Below are positions 8,380 to 17,041 of a stretch of 64,000 nt of DNA, piece by piece. Below the pieces are notes generated by a model, which was not told the DNA's origin, searched no databases, and was given only the letters and a program-made list of their open reading frames with translations. Each line of letters begins with the position of its first letter. Position 1 is the first letter of the stretch. Position numbers and translations under genes: made by a program. The stretch spans positions 1 to 64,000 of the forward strand of contig JBFXKG010000007.1 of the NCBI GenBank assembly GCA_050174015.1, given 5' to 3'. This DNA is from Candidatus Krumholzibacteriia bacterium (lineage in GTDB: Bacteria; Krumholzibacteriota; Krumholzibacteriia; LZORAL124-64-63).

Positions 8380-10158
8380 ATGTATCATCCTCTGACCGAC
8401 CCCGTGCACCGTTTCCACATCCCGGTGATGGGAACGGGCTTTACCATAGACACCCCGTTGAAGGTGGCCCGCTACGGCATCTCCTCGGTGATCTCCCTGG
8501 TGGACGACAAGCTCATCGAGCAGATGCGCCGTCGCCTCTCGGGGGACGCGGGCCGGGATTACCGCGAGATCCCGGACGACGACGAGGATCCGCGCGCCAA
8601 CCGGATTACCGCCTACCTGAACCTGATGGACGAGATGGTCGAGCAGCAGGTGCAGAGGGTCAAGAGCGGCCTGTTCGCGGCCGGTTCGGAGATCTCGCGC
8701 TACTTCGAGATGCTGCCCGATTCCCCGCTGCGCGCCATGTACGAATCCATGCAGTCGATGACCGATCCCGAACAGAGGGCCAGGTTGCAGGAAGCGCTGC
8801 GGGAGAAGATCCTGCCCGGCGGCATCGACGTGAACATCATGGCCAAGCTGGACCGGGACAACTTCCGGAGCGGCAAGCTGCTGCCCCCCCAGTTCAGCGA
8901 CGCTCTGAGCGCCCTGCGCGGCTATGCCAACAGCCGCCTGCGGTCCTCGGTGGTCCTGTCGGCGGGGATGAACCGCCGGCTCTACAGCTACCTGACCGAG
9001 TTCAAGGACTTCTTTCCGGACTCCGCGGGAGAGATCCGCAAGCGCATCATCCTGAAGGTCTCCGACTTCCGGTCGGCCCTGATCCAGGGCAAGCTGCTGA
9101 CCCGCCAGGGGCTGTGGGTCTCGGAGTTCCGCATCGAATCGGGACTCAATTGCGGAGGACACGCGTTCGACTGTCACGGCACCCTGCTCGGCCCGGTGCT
9201 GGAGGACTTCCTGCGCCAGAAGGACCAGCTCGTGGCCCAGCTCCGATCCGCCTGGGTCGAGGGCCTGAAGGCCAAGGGGCGGCCCGCTCCCGAGTCCCTG
9301 CCCGGCATCAGGGTGACCGTCCAGGGCGGGATCGGCACCGCCGAGGAGTGCCGGCTCCTGGCGGAGAACTACCGCGTCGACGGCACCGGCTGGGGCAGTC
9401 CTTTCCTGCTCTGTCCCGAGGTGGTGAACGTCGACGAGGACCACCTGGCGCGGATCATCGCGGCCGGCGAGGACGACGTCCAGCTGAGCAAGGCCTCGCC
9501 CCTGGGGGTTCCGTTCTGGAGCCTGCAGACGTCCGCCAGCGAGACCGAACGTCGGGCCCGCCTGGCTGCCGGCAAGCCCGGCAGCGCCTGCCCCAAGGGC
9601 TACCTGATGGCCAACACGGAATTCACCAAGGTGCCCATCTGCACCGCCAGCCGCGCCTACCAGCGCCGCAAGCTCCAGTCCCTGGAGACGGGCAACCTGG
9701 ACGAAGCCGAGCGGATCCGCCAGGCCGAGGACGTGACGGCCAAGGCGTGCATCTGCCACGACCTGGCCGGCGGCGCGACCCTGCCGCTGGCCATCGATCC
9801 GCAGGCCCGCACGGCCGTCTGCTGCGGCCCCAACACGGTCTACTTCAAGCAGCGCGCCAGCCTGCAGGAGATGGTGGACCACATCTACGGCCGCATCCAG
9901 CTGCCCGTCCTGCCGACCCGCCCCCACATGTTCCTCAAGGAGCTGTCGCTGCATCTGGACCGCCTGAAGCAGGCCTCGGCGGACCGGCGCGACGAGCTGA
10001 TGGCCGCCGCCGCCAGGTCCTCCAGCGAGATCAAGGACAACCTGTTGCAGGGGATCAAGTACTACCGGGAGCTGGGCGGCAGGCTCGCCGCCGAGAAGAA
10101 GGACGCCTTCCTGGCGCGCCTCGAGGAACTGAAGGGGGATCTGGAAAAGCTCACCTGA
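8380..10158 (+). CDS. Conserved hypothetical protein, probable FMN-dependent TIM-barrel (nitronate monooxygenase/FabK-like) with Cys-rich C-terminal part
   Basis: 'HIPVMGTG', 'ESGLNCGGHAF', 'VQGGIGT', 'GTGWGSPFL' parallel the NMO/FabK motifs; several Cys motifs downstream. Confidence 0.6.
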   Translation: MYHPLTDPVHRFHIPVMGTGFTIDTPLKVARYGISSVISLVDDKLIEQMRRRLSGDAGRDYREIPDDDEDPRANRITAYLNLMDEMVEQQVQRVKSGLFAAGSEISRYFEMLPDSPLRAMYESMQSMTDPEQRARLQEALREKILPGGIDVNIMAKLDRDNFRSGKLLPPQFSDALSALRGYANSRLRSSVVLSAGMNRRLYSYLTEFKDFFPDSAGEIRKRIILKVSDFRSALIQGKLLTRQGLWVSEFRIESGLNCGGHAFDCHGTLLGPVLEDFLRQKDQLVAQLRSAWVEGLKAKGRPAPESLPGIRVTVQGGIGTAEECRLLAENYRVDGTGWGSPFLLCPEVVNVDEDHLARIIAAGEDDVQLSKASPLGVPFWSLQTSASETERRARLAAGKPGSACPKGYLMANTEFTKVPICTASRAYQRRKLQSLETGNLDEAERIRQAEDVTAKACICHDLAGGATLPLAIDPQARTAVCCGPNTVYFKQRASLQEMVDHIYGRIQLPVLPTRPHMFLKELSLHLDRLKQASADRRDELMAAAARSSSEIKDNLLQGIKYYRELGGRLAAEKKDAFLARLEELKGDLEKLT

Positions 10159-10166
10159 GCGATTCG

Positions 10167-12092
10167 TCAGATCGCGCTGATGGACGGGTCCGGCCGCAGG
10201 GTTTCCGGCGGCGTCAGCGGCAGCTCCACCACGAAGCGGGTCCATTGCCCCGGCTCGCTGGCCACCCTCACGCTTCCCCCCAGTCGATAGAGGATGTCGT
10301 GGACGATCGAGAGGCCCAGTCCGGTCCCCTTGCCGGCGGGCTTGGTGGTGTGGAACAGGTTGAAGATCTTTTCCTGGTCCTGTCGGGGGATGCCGATCCC
10401 GTTGTCCTGGATGCGGACGACCACGTGGTTCTCGTCGAGAGTGGTGGCGATCTCCAGCACGGGGTCCCTGTCGGGCACGGCGTCCATCGCGTCCAGGGCG
10501 TTCTTGATCAGGTTGACGAAGACTTGTTCGAGCAGCATGGGGTCGGACCGGAACGGGGGGATCCTGGGGTCGTAGAGGCGGACGATCCGGGTCCGTGACC
10601 GCCTGATCTCCGTGCCCAGCACGTAGAGGCACTCCTCCAGCAGCTCCTGCAGATCGAGGTCCGCCATTCCCGTCTGCGACTTGCGGACGAATCCCAGCAG
10701 GCTGTGGGTGATGGTGGTGACGCGTTTGACCTGGACGTGCAGACGCTCCATGGCGTTCGCGAGCAGGTCGCGGGTGCTCGCGTCGAGGTTCCGTCCCTCG
10801 TCTTCCAGCGTCTCTTCCACCATGCCGGCGATGGTGTCGATCACCGCCAGGGGGTTGTTGATCTCGTGGGCCACTCCGGAGGCCATCTGGCCCACGGCGG
10901 CCAGCCGCTCGGAGCGGATGAGGTCGTTCTTCAGCCGCAGGCGGGTGGTGATGTCCCGGCAGAGGCAGACGACCTCCAGCGGCTTGCCGTCGGGCCCGTC
11001 GATCAGGGTCAGGCTGATGTCGCAGATCACCGGATGCAGTTCCTTGTTGCGGAACTCCGCCTCGTAGCGGGTGGCGTGACCGTCCCGCAGGGCCTGTTTC
11101 AGCAGCTTGGCGAACCCGGCCGAGTCGGTGCACAGGCGTTCGGCGGGGGTGCCGACCACGTCGTCCCGGGAGAACTTCAGGGCGTTCTCGGCGCCGCTGT
11201 TGAAGCTCAGGATCTTCCCCTCCGGGTCGGTGAGGAAGATGATGTCCCGGCTGTTCTCCAGCACTTCCCGCAGGTACTTCTGGGTCTCGTTGAGCCGCTC
11301 GTCCACCTGGTGCAGCTTGAGTTCGCTCTCGTAGAGTTCGGTGGTGTCCTCGATCAGCCCGTAGAGCCCTTCCACCTTCCCGTTCTCGATGATGGGAAAA
11401 AGGGTGACCTGGACGTGCATGTCGGCGCCCTGGACCGGCAGGACCCCGCCGGCGTGGAGGGTCTGCCGGGTCTGCAGGGTCTCCTGCTCCACCTTCTGGA
11501 GCCAGCGGGCGCCGCCCCCGGGGAAGATGGCATGGTCGCGCTTGCCGACGACCTCGTCCTCCTTCAGGCCGAGCACGTGCAGGGCGTGCCGGTTCATCCG
11601 CTTGTAGCGCAGGGAGGTGTCCTTGATGTAGATCGCCAGGGGGGCGGTCTCGACGAATGTGTTCAGGCGCAGGCGGGTTTCCTTGAGGCGGTGGCTGTCC
11701 AGGCGGAGGGCCCGGTTCTCCTCGACCAGGCGGATGATCCCCTCGAACAGGGGCTGGACGCGGCAGTCGAGCAGGGATGCGCCCTCGGGCAGGAGACGGC
11801 GCAGGGCGCCTGGAACGGCCGGGTTGCCGGCCGCGCAGATGACCAGTTCCAGGTCGCCGGCGCGGGCCAGGTCCTCGACGTGGGTCCCGATCAGGGGGAC
11901 GCCCATCTGGCGGGCGTGGGCGAGGGCGGTGTCCTCGTCGGCGGGGCCGAGGTCGATGAGGGCGACGATCTCCAGGTGCAGAAGGCTCTGGCGCGTGGCC
12001 AGACCGGCCATCAGGTCGCTGAGGGGTTGGCCGTGGCCGACCAGAGCGGTCCTGATGTCACTCCTGCTCGTATTCACGTCGGAGCTTTTCAC
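10167..12092 (-). CDS. PAS-domain sensor histidine kinase (NtrB-like) with an N-terminal Rossmann-like domain
   Basis: Two PAS domains; H-box 'AHEINNPL', N-box 'NLIKNALDA', 'DNGIGI', 'GKGTGLGL'; start uncertain (GTG 12092 or 12077). Confidence 0.92.
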   Translation of the reverse strand: MKSSDVNTSRSDIRTALVGHGQPLSDLMAGLATRQSLLHLEIVALIDLGPADEDTALAHARQMGVPLIGTHVEDLARAGDLELVICAAGNPAVPGALRRLLPEGASLLDCRVQPLFEGIIRLVEENRALRLDSHRLKETRLRLNTFVETAPLAIYIKDTSLRYKRMNRHALHVLGLKEDEVVGKRDHAIFPGGGARWLQKVEQETLQTRQTLHAGGVLPVQGADMHVQVTLFPIIENGKVEGLYGLIEDTTELYESELKLHQVDERLNETQKYLREVLENSRDIIFLTDPEGKILSFNSGAENALKFSRDDVVGTPAERLCTDSAGFAKLLKQALRDGHATRYEAEFRNKELHPVICDISLTLIDGPDGKPLEVVCLCRDITTRLRLKNDLIRSERLAAVGQMASGVAHEINNPLAVIDTIAGMVEETLEDEGRNLDASTRDLLANAMERLHVQVKRVTTITHSLLGFVRKSQTGMADLDLQELLEECLYVLGTEIRRSRTRIVRLYDPRIPPFRSDPMLLEQVFVNLIKNALDAMDAVPDRDPVLEIATTLDENHVVVRIQDNGIGIPRQDQEKIFNLFHTTKPAGKGTGLGLSIVHDILYRLGGSVRVASEPGQWTRFVVELPLTPPETLRPDPSISAI

Positions 12093-12558
12093 TCTCTTCG
12101 ATGATGTCCCGGGCCGAGGTGGTGGAGGACATGAGGGCGTTGAGCTTCTCGTCGAATTCCCGCTGCATCCGGCGGCGCTTCCCCTCCGCGGCGGTGACGA
12201 TCAGGCCGTGGAGCTCCTCGAAGTCGTAGGGCTTCAGCAGGTAGCGGAAGGCCTGCAGGCGTCCGGCCTCCCAGGCCGAATCGTGGGTGCCGTGGCCGGT
12301 GAGCATGATCACCTGAAGGAACGGCTGCAGGTCGCGCAGCTTCTCCATGACCGTGATGCCGTCCATGTCGGGCATCTTCAGATCCACGATCGCCACGTCG
12401 AAGGCCAGGTCCGCGGCCGCGGCCACGGCCTCCCCGCCGCTGAGGGCCATGGTCACCTCGACGTCCCGCTTGCGCAGGCGATGGGTGAGAAAGGTCACCA
12501 GATCCTCCTCGTCGTCCACGAGGAGCAGGCGGATGGGGCGGGAGCGGTCCTCGGTCAT
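12058..12558 (-). CDS. Response regulator (receiver domain plus short helical tail)
   Basis: 'LLVDDE', 'DLKMPDMDG', 'LTGHG', 'KPYD'. Confidence 0.93.
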   Translation of the reverse strand: MTEDRSRPIRLLLVDDEEDLVTFLTHRLRKRDVEVTMALSGGEAVAAAADLAFDVAIVDLKMPDMDGITVMEKLRDLQPFLQVIMLTGHGTHDSAWEAGRLQAFRYLLKPYDFEELHGLIVTAAEGKRRRMQREFDEKLNALMSSTTSARDIIEESEKLRREYEQE

Positions 12559-12605
12559 GGCGGCGGTCCGGCGCTGGGGTGGGGGTCCTTGCGGCTGTCG
12601 CGGTG

Positions 12606-12635
12606 ATGATGGCTTGCCGGGCCCCTCACTGTCAA
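12606..12635 (-). promoter_or_regulatory. Putative sigma70 promoter for the response regulator/kinase pair
   Basis: Minus strand TTGACA-18 nt-CATCAT, about 50 nt upstream of ATG 12558. Confidence 0.5.
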
Positions 12636-12673
12636 GGCGGGTTGTCAGGCACGGCCCGCCGCGGCCGGGGGGC

Positions 12674-13564
12674 TCACAGGCCCCGCAGGCCCTCCGGCTT
12701 CAGGTCCCCGGGGCGTCTGCGGGCCAGGATCATGGCGATGGTGTCGAGGGCCCGGTCCCGGTCGGCCGGCAGGTTCAGGCTCAGGGGCAGGTAGTTGCTG
12801 GCGTGGTTGGAATGGAAGCGGCAACGGGTGAACCGGCTGTCCCGGATCAGGATCTGGAGCTCTTCCAGCATGCCCCAGGGATCGGGCAGGGCGAACCGGC
12901 CGGCGGCGGCGGCCGCGGCCAGGGGCGTGCCGGGCACCACGGTCGTGGTCAGGGCCCCCACGAAGGGCGGGTCCATCTCGGTCAGCAGGGCGGCGGTCCG
13001 CTCGGCATGGCGGGCGGAACCTTCGCGGCCCCCCAGGCCGAGCATCACCATCACGGAATGGCGGATTCCGGCCTCCCGGAGCAGGGCGGCGGCCCTGGCG
13101 GCCTCGGCGGCGGTCGACCCCTTGTTCACGGCCTCGAGGACCCGATCATCCCCGCTCTCGACCCCGTGGTACACGATGCCCAGGCTCAGGTCCTTCAGGC
13201 GGGCCAGGTCATCGGGCCGCTTGCGGAGGATGCTGCGGGCGTCGCCGTAGATCCCCACCCGGCGGACCGAGGGGATGGCCCGGTGCAGTTCCTCCAGGAT
13301 GCGGACCAGGTGGGCCTGGGGCAGGATCAGGGCGTCCCCGTCGCAGAGGAAGACCCTGCGGATGGGCATGACCTCGGAACTGAACCGGGCGGCCTCGGCG
13401 ATGTCGGCCTGGACCGTGGCCCAGGGCTTGACCCGGAATCCCTGCTCGGGCAGGTCGTACATGGCGCAGTAGGTGCATTCGTTGTGGCTGCACCCCAAGG
13501 TGACCTGCAGGAGCAGGCTATCGGCCTCGCTGGGGGGGCGAAAAATCCGTCCGATGTGGTCCAT
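12674..13564 (-). CDS. Radical SAM protein ('RPPSE' subfamily)
   Basis: 'IFRPPSEADSLLLQVTLGCSHNECTYC' CxxxCxxC motif; 'GVESG'; 'FHSNHASNYL'. Confidence 0.92.
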   Translation of the reverse strand: MDHIGRIFRPPSEADSLLLQVTLGCSHNECTYCAMYDLPEQGFRVKPWATVQADIAEAARFSSEVMPIRRVFLCDGDALILPQAHLVRILEELHRAIPSVRRVGIYGDARSILRKRPDDLARLKDLSLGIVYHGVESGDDRVLEAVNKGSTAAEAARAAALLREAGIRHSVMVMLGLGGREGSARHAERTAALLTEMDPPFVGALTTTVVPGTPLAAAAAAGRFALPDPWGMLEELQILIRDSRFTRCRFHSNHASNYLPLSLNLPADRDRALDTIAMILARRRPGDLKPEGLRGL

Positions 13565-13668
13565 CCGGGGCTCCCGTTTCAGGTCTGGAGACTCAAGCTG
13601 TTGTCCCACAACATTTAAAATTATGAAAATTCCTTTAAAAAATCATTTACAGGACAAGTAAAAATCGC

Positions 13669-13695
13669 TAAAGTTTTCCTTAGTGAAACCGATCC
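13669..13695 (+). promoter_or_regulatory. Putative sigma28 (FliA/SigD) promoter
   Basis: TAAAGTTT-11 nt-ACCGATCC versus consensus TAAAGTTT-N11-GCCGATAA; preceded by an AT-rich tract. Confidence 0.65.
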
Positions 13696-13700
13696 CTTCT

Positions 13701-13802
13701 GTGTCCGTAACATGAGATGCTCCTCAAATGGCCGGGATCACCAACGTCAGAATGGCTTAGGGCGAGAGCCATTCACCGACGGATCCCGGCCCCCCTTTTT
13801 TT
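13701..13802 (+). ncRNA. Candidate ~100-nt small RNA of unknown family
   Basis: Lies just downstream of the sigma28-like promoter; three-segment stem (13730-39/13782-91, 13745-48/13778-81, 13750-57/13767-74) then a T7 run; no credible plus-strand gene follows. Confidence 0.55.
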
Positions 13803-13834
13803 CAGGACGGCCAGGATCGATCCCCGGGCACGGG

Positions 13835-15001
13835 TCACGCGATCGGCATGAACTCCCCCTCACGGATGATGACCCTTTCCCCCTCCCCATCCCCGAGCGT
13901 CACCTCTTCCACGGCCACGTCGGGCTGGGTCTGGGGAATGAAGACCCGGTCGAGGTGGATGACCGCTCCGGGACCGCTGAAGTGCTGCGGTCCCACCGTC
14001 CCCCCGAAGTGATCGCTACGGCCGAAGGCGATGTGCAGGCCGAGCTTCTCGTCCAGCAGGATGCTGCCGCAGGGCTCCAGGCCGAAATCCCCGAGCACTC
14101 CCAGGCCGAGCTCGGCCAGGTTGGCGTAGGCGGGTTCGTCCTGGATGCGCCGGGCTTCGCGCGCGCTCACCGGGCCCTGGGTCAGGACGCTGACGGCGCG
14201 GTTGTCCTCGATCTCGTAGAGGACGATCTCCCCGTCGATCTGCACCGGCAGGGTCCCGGCCGACCGGCTCGGGTCGCCGTCCAGCTCACCCTCGTAAGGC
14301 ACGATGTAAGCCTCGCCGGAAGGGAGGTTGCCCGCCACCCCGTTGGCCGGGAACAGCCCGCCGGAGGCGTGGCCGCGCCGGTGACGCAGGTCGAGGGTCA
14401 GCTCGTGGACCAGGCCGGCCGCCTTGAAGCGGAACCGGGCGTGATCGGCGGCGTCCAGCCAGGACTTCAGCAAATCGACCCGCCGGTTGATCTCCCCGTA
14501 GTCCAGCTTGAGGGCGGGGATCATGCCGGGGAGGAAGCCGGGCATGGTGGCGGCCCGGAATCCGTCCGGTCCGGTCCCGGCCCGGGCGGTGGCGACCTTC
14601 AGGGGAGCCGTGGCGGACAACTCCGTGGGGGCGAGGACGATGCTGTGATCCTGGAACAGGCGGGCGAAGGGCGATTCCGGAAGGCCGGCGAGGTCGGCCG
14701 CCCTGTCGACGACCCCGAATCCCGCGGCCGGGAAGCACATGGCGGGCAGATCGGCGTTGTTGCCCCCGACGTTGGGATACCAGGCCAGGGTGACGGGGGA
14801 CAGCCCGAGACCGGGCCCGGCCGCGTCCAGGGATCGGCTCCATTCCGCCGCCAACCTGCGCCGCTCGGCCCAATCGGGGTTGTCCGGCAGGCGGTCGTCC
14901 GGGACGTCCACGATGATGGCGATGCCGCGGTCCCGGTCGGTGGGCTGGAAGACGCGCTTGACCAGGAGGGTCAGTTCGGCGGGGGTCAGCGATGCGGACA
15001 T
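13835..15001 (-). CDS. Aminopeptidase, M29/thermophilic metallopeptidase-like
   Basis: 'GNLPSGEAYIVP', 'NLAELGLG', 'ILLDEKLGLHIAFG', 'IHLD'. Confidence 0.75.
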   Translation of the reverse strand: MSASLTPAELTLLVKRVFQPTDRDRGIAIIVDVPDDRLPDNPDWAERRRLAAEWSRSLDAAGPGLGLSPVTLAWYPNVGGNNADLPAMCFPAAGFGVVDRAADLAGLPESPFARLFQDHSIVLAPTELSATAPLKVATARAGTGPDGFRAATMPGFLPGMIPALKLDYGEINRRVDLLKSWLDAADHARFRFKAAGLVHELTLDLRHRRGHASGGLFPANGVAGNLPSGEAYIVPYEGELDGDPSRSAGTLPVQIDGEIVLYEIEDNRAVSVLTQGPVSAREARRIQDEPAYANLAELGLGVLGDFGLEPCGSILLDEKLGLHIAFGRSDHFGGTVGPQHFSGPGAVIHLDRVFIPQTQPDVAVEEVTLGDGEGERVIIREGEFMPIA

Positions 15002-15128
15002 GGTCGGGGTCTCCTCGGGTCCGGTCCATCATTGTCTGGTGTACGCAACCCATTTTATGCATTAAGTTGTGGCCGCACCCGGAAAAAATTCCGGGCCCCA
15101 TATCCGCCCCGCGGGGCAAGGAGGCTCC

Positions 15129-16496
15129 ATGAGCTCGAACCGTGAAACGAATCTCGCCCTGTTCATCGATTTCGACAACGTGGCCCTCGGGGCCCGGGAC
15201 GCCCGCCAGCGCTTCGACGTGAAGATGCTGCTGGGGCGCATCCTGGAAAAAGGCAAGATCATCGTCAAGAAGGCCTATGCGGACTGGCACTTCTACAAGG
15301 AGCACATGAACTCCCTGCACGAGGCGGCCATCGAGCTCATCGAGATCCCCATGCCGAAGATCTCCGGCAAGAACAGCGCGGACATCAAGATGGTCGTCGA
15401 TGCGATGGACCTCTGCTACTCCAAGGACCACATCGACACGTTCGTGATCGTTTCCGGGGATTCGGATTTCTCCCCCCTGGTCTCCAAGCTGCGGGAGAAC
15501 AACAAGCGGGTGATCGGCGTGGGCATGAAGAACAGCAGCAGCAAGCTGCTGATCGGCAACTGCGACGAGTTCATCTTCTACGACGACCTGTACCGCCACA
15601 GCCTCGGGCACGGCCAGGTCGCCAAGGTCTCCGGGAACGTCCCCCTTGAGAAGCGAGACCTTTTCGACTTCCTGGTATCGACGGCGCAGAGCCTGTTGCA
15701 GGAGAGCCGGGGAGTCCTCTACTCCTCCCTGATCAAGGACACCATGACCCGCAAGAAGCCCGACTTCAACGAGCGGGCCTACGGCTATTCCACCTTCGGG
15801 GATCTCCTGGAGGAAGCGCGCAATCTGGGGCTGCTCGTCGTCGAACGGGATGCCCGGGCCGGCGGGACCTGGGTCGTCCAGGGTGTCGGGGCGGGACTCG
15901 TTCCGCCGGAAAAACCGGAGCCCGCCGAGAAACCCGCCGAACGCAACGGGGGACGCTCGTCGAGCCGGTCGTCCCGCCGCCGCCGACGAGGGGGGAAGGG
16001 GTCGAAGGAGGAGGGCGAGGCCCCGGCCAGGACCGAGGGGTCCGACGGCAAGGCCGCAAGTGCGGGGGAGGCCGGCGCCGGCAAGGCGGAGGATCATGCC
16101 GGTGGCGGCCGGCCCGCGGGTGATGCCGGGAAACCCCAGGACAGCTCCCCGGCGGGCAAGGCTGCCGCGGGTGCGCCGGTGGGATCCTCGGCTGCCGACC
16201 AGACCCGCCCGTCTGCGGAGAATGCGGAAAAGACCGCCGGCAAGGCCCAGGACGGCAAGGCCCAGGAGGCCAAGTCGACCGCCAGGAAGACGACGGCGAA
16301 GAAGACGACCGCAAAGAAGACGACGAAGAAGACGGCGGCAAAGAAAACGGCCGGGGAGAAGACCGCCGCCAAGGATGCCCCCGCGAAGAAGACGACCGCC
16401 AAGAAGGCGGCCACGAAGAAGACGACCGCTAGGAAGACGACGAAGAAGAAGGCGGGAACCCGGACCACCGGGACCGGAGGGGACGACTCCCGGTAG
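15129..16496 (+). CDS. NYN (LabA/DUF88) domain protein with OST-HTH/LOTUS domain and long Lys/Ala/Thr-rich tail
   Basis: 'ALFIDFDN', 'GKNSADIKMVVDAMD', 'SGDSDFSPL', 'PDFNERAYGYSTFGDLL'; GGAGG RBS before ATG 15129. Confidence 0.92.
   Translation: MSSNRETNLALFIDFDNVALGARDARQRFDVKMLLGRILEKGKIIVKKAYADWHFYKEHMNSLHEAAIELIEIPMPKISGKNSADIKMVVDAMDLCYSKDHIDTFVIVSGDSDFSPLVSKLRENNKRVIGVGMKNSSSKLLIGNCDEFIFYDDLYRHSLGHGQVAKVSGNVPLEKRDLFDFLVSTAQSLLQESRGVLYSSLIKDTMTRKKPDFNERAYGYSTFGDLLEEARNLGLLVVERDARAGGTWVVQGVGAGLVPPEKPEPAEKPAERNGGRSSSRSSRRRRRGGKGSKEEGEAPARTEGSDGKAASAGEAGAGKAEDHAGGGRPAGDAGKPQDSSPAGKAAAGAPVGSSAADQTRPSAENAEKTAGKAQDGKAQEAKSTARKTTAKKTTAKKTTKKTAAKKTAGEKTAAKDAPAKKTTAKKAATKKTTARKTTKKKAGTRTTGTGGDDSR
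16283..16455 (+). repeat. Degenerate coding repeats (AAGAAGACGRC…) encoding a KKTTA/KKTAA histone-H1-like tail
   Basis: RKTTAKKTTAKKTTKKTAAKKTAGEKTAAKDAPAKKTTAKKAATKKTTARKTTKKK. Confidence 0.85.
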
Positions 16497-16603
16497 CCCG
16501 GATTTTTTGGCCTCAATGCCCGGCTGCGTTTGCCGAAATCCCTGGCAGGACACAGGCCGGCCCTTTCCGGGCCGGCCCCAACGATTCGCCAGGGAGATGG
16601 ACG

Positions 16604-16981
16604 ATGCCAGCGGATACCACGAACCAGCAGAGCATTCTCGACCTCGCCGAAGCCATGCGGAACCTCGATGGGGACGCCGAACTGTTGCAGGAGATCGTGG
16701 AGATCTTCATGGAGACCGCGGAGCTCCAGATCCAGTCCCTCACCGACGCGATCCGGGACGGGAACGTCCAGAAGGTCGCCATCGAGGCCCACGCCATGAA
16801 GGGCGGCGCCTCCAACTTCTGCGCGGGGGAATTCGTCGCCGCGGCCCTGGCCCTGGAACTGCACGCCAAGTCGGGTTCCCTGGACCGGGCCTGGGAACTG
16901 CTCGAGACGTTGGTCGCCACCCTCAAGGACCTGCGCGAGGTTCTCGGATTCATCAACTGGGCCGAACTCGCCCAGGGTTGA
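16604..16981 (+). CDS. Stand-alone Hpt (histidine phosphotransfer) protein
   Basis: 'LDGDAELLQEIVEIF' and 'AHAMKGGASN' Hpt signature. Confidence 0.9.
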   Translation: MPADTTNQQSILDLAEAMRNLDGDAELLQEIVEIFMETAELQIQSLTDAIRDGNVQKVAIEAHAMKGGASNFCAGEFVAAALALELHAKSGSLDRAWELLETLVATLKDLREVLGFINWAELAQG

Positions 16982-17012
16982 AACCGAAGGCCCTGACGGA
17001 ATCGCGGTCCGC

Positions 17013-17041
17013 GCCGCCGCCCTTCGGGGCGGCGGTTTTTT
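17013..17041 (+). terminator. Rho-independent terminator
   Basis: CCGCCGCCC-TTCG-GGGCGGCGG followed by TTTTTT. Confidence 0.9.

Noticed and set aside
8041..11133. 1030-aa minus-strand ORF and other very long alternative ORFs (e.g. 33810-36104, 39311-41998, 53884-57240)
   Set aside because: Off-frame or antisense shadows of well-supported genes, expected in high-GC DNA with few stop codons
13712..15145. 477-aa plus-strand ORF starting right after the sigma28-like promoter
   Set aside because: Antisense shadow of the aminopeptidase; no RBS or recognisable motifs, and it runs through the hairpin and T7 terminator
16283..16455. Repeats as a CRISPR array or VNTR
   Set aside because: Degenerate in-frame codon repeats of a Lys-rich tail; no spacers and no cas genes
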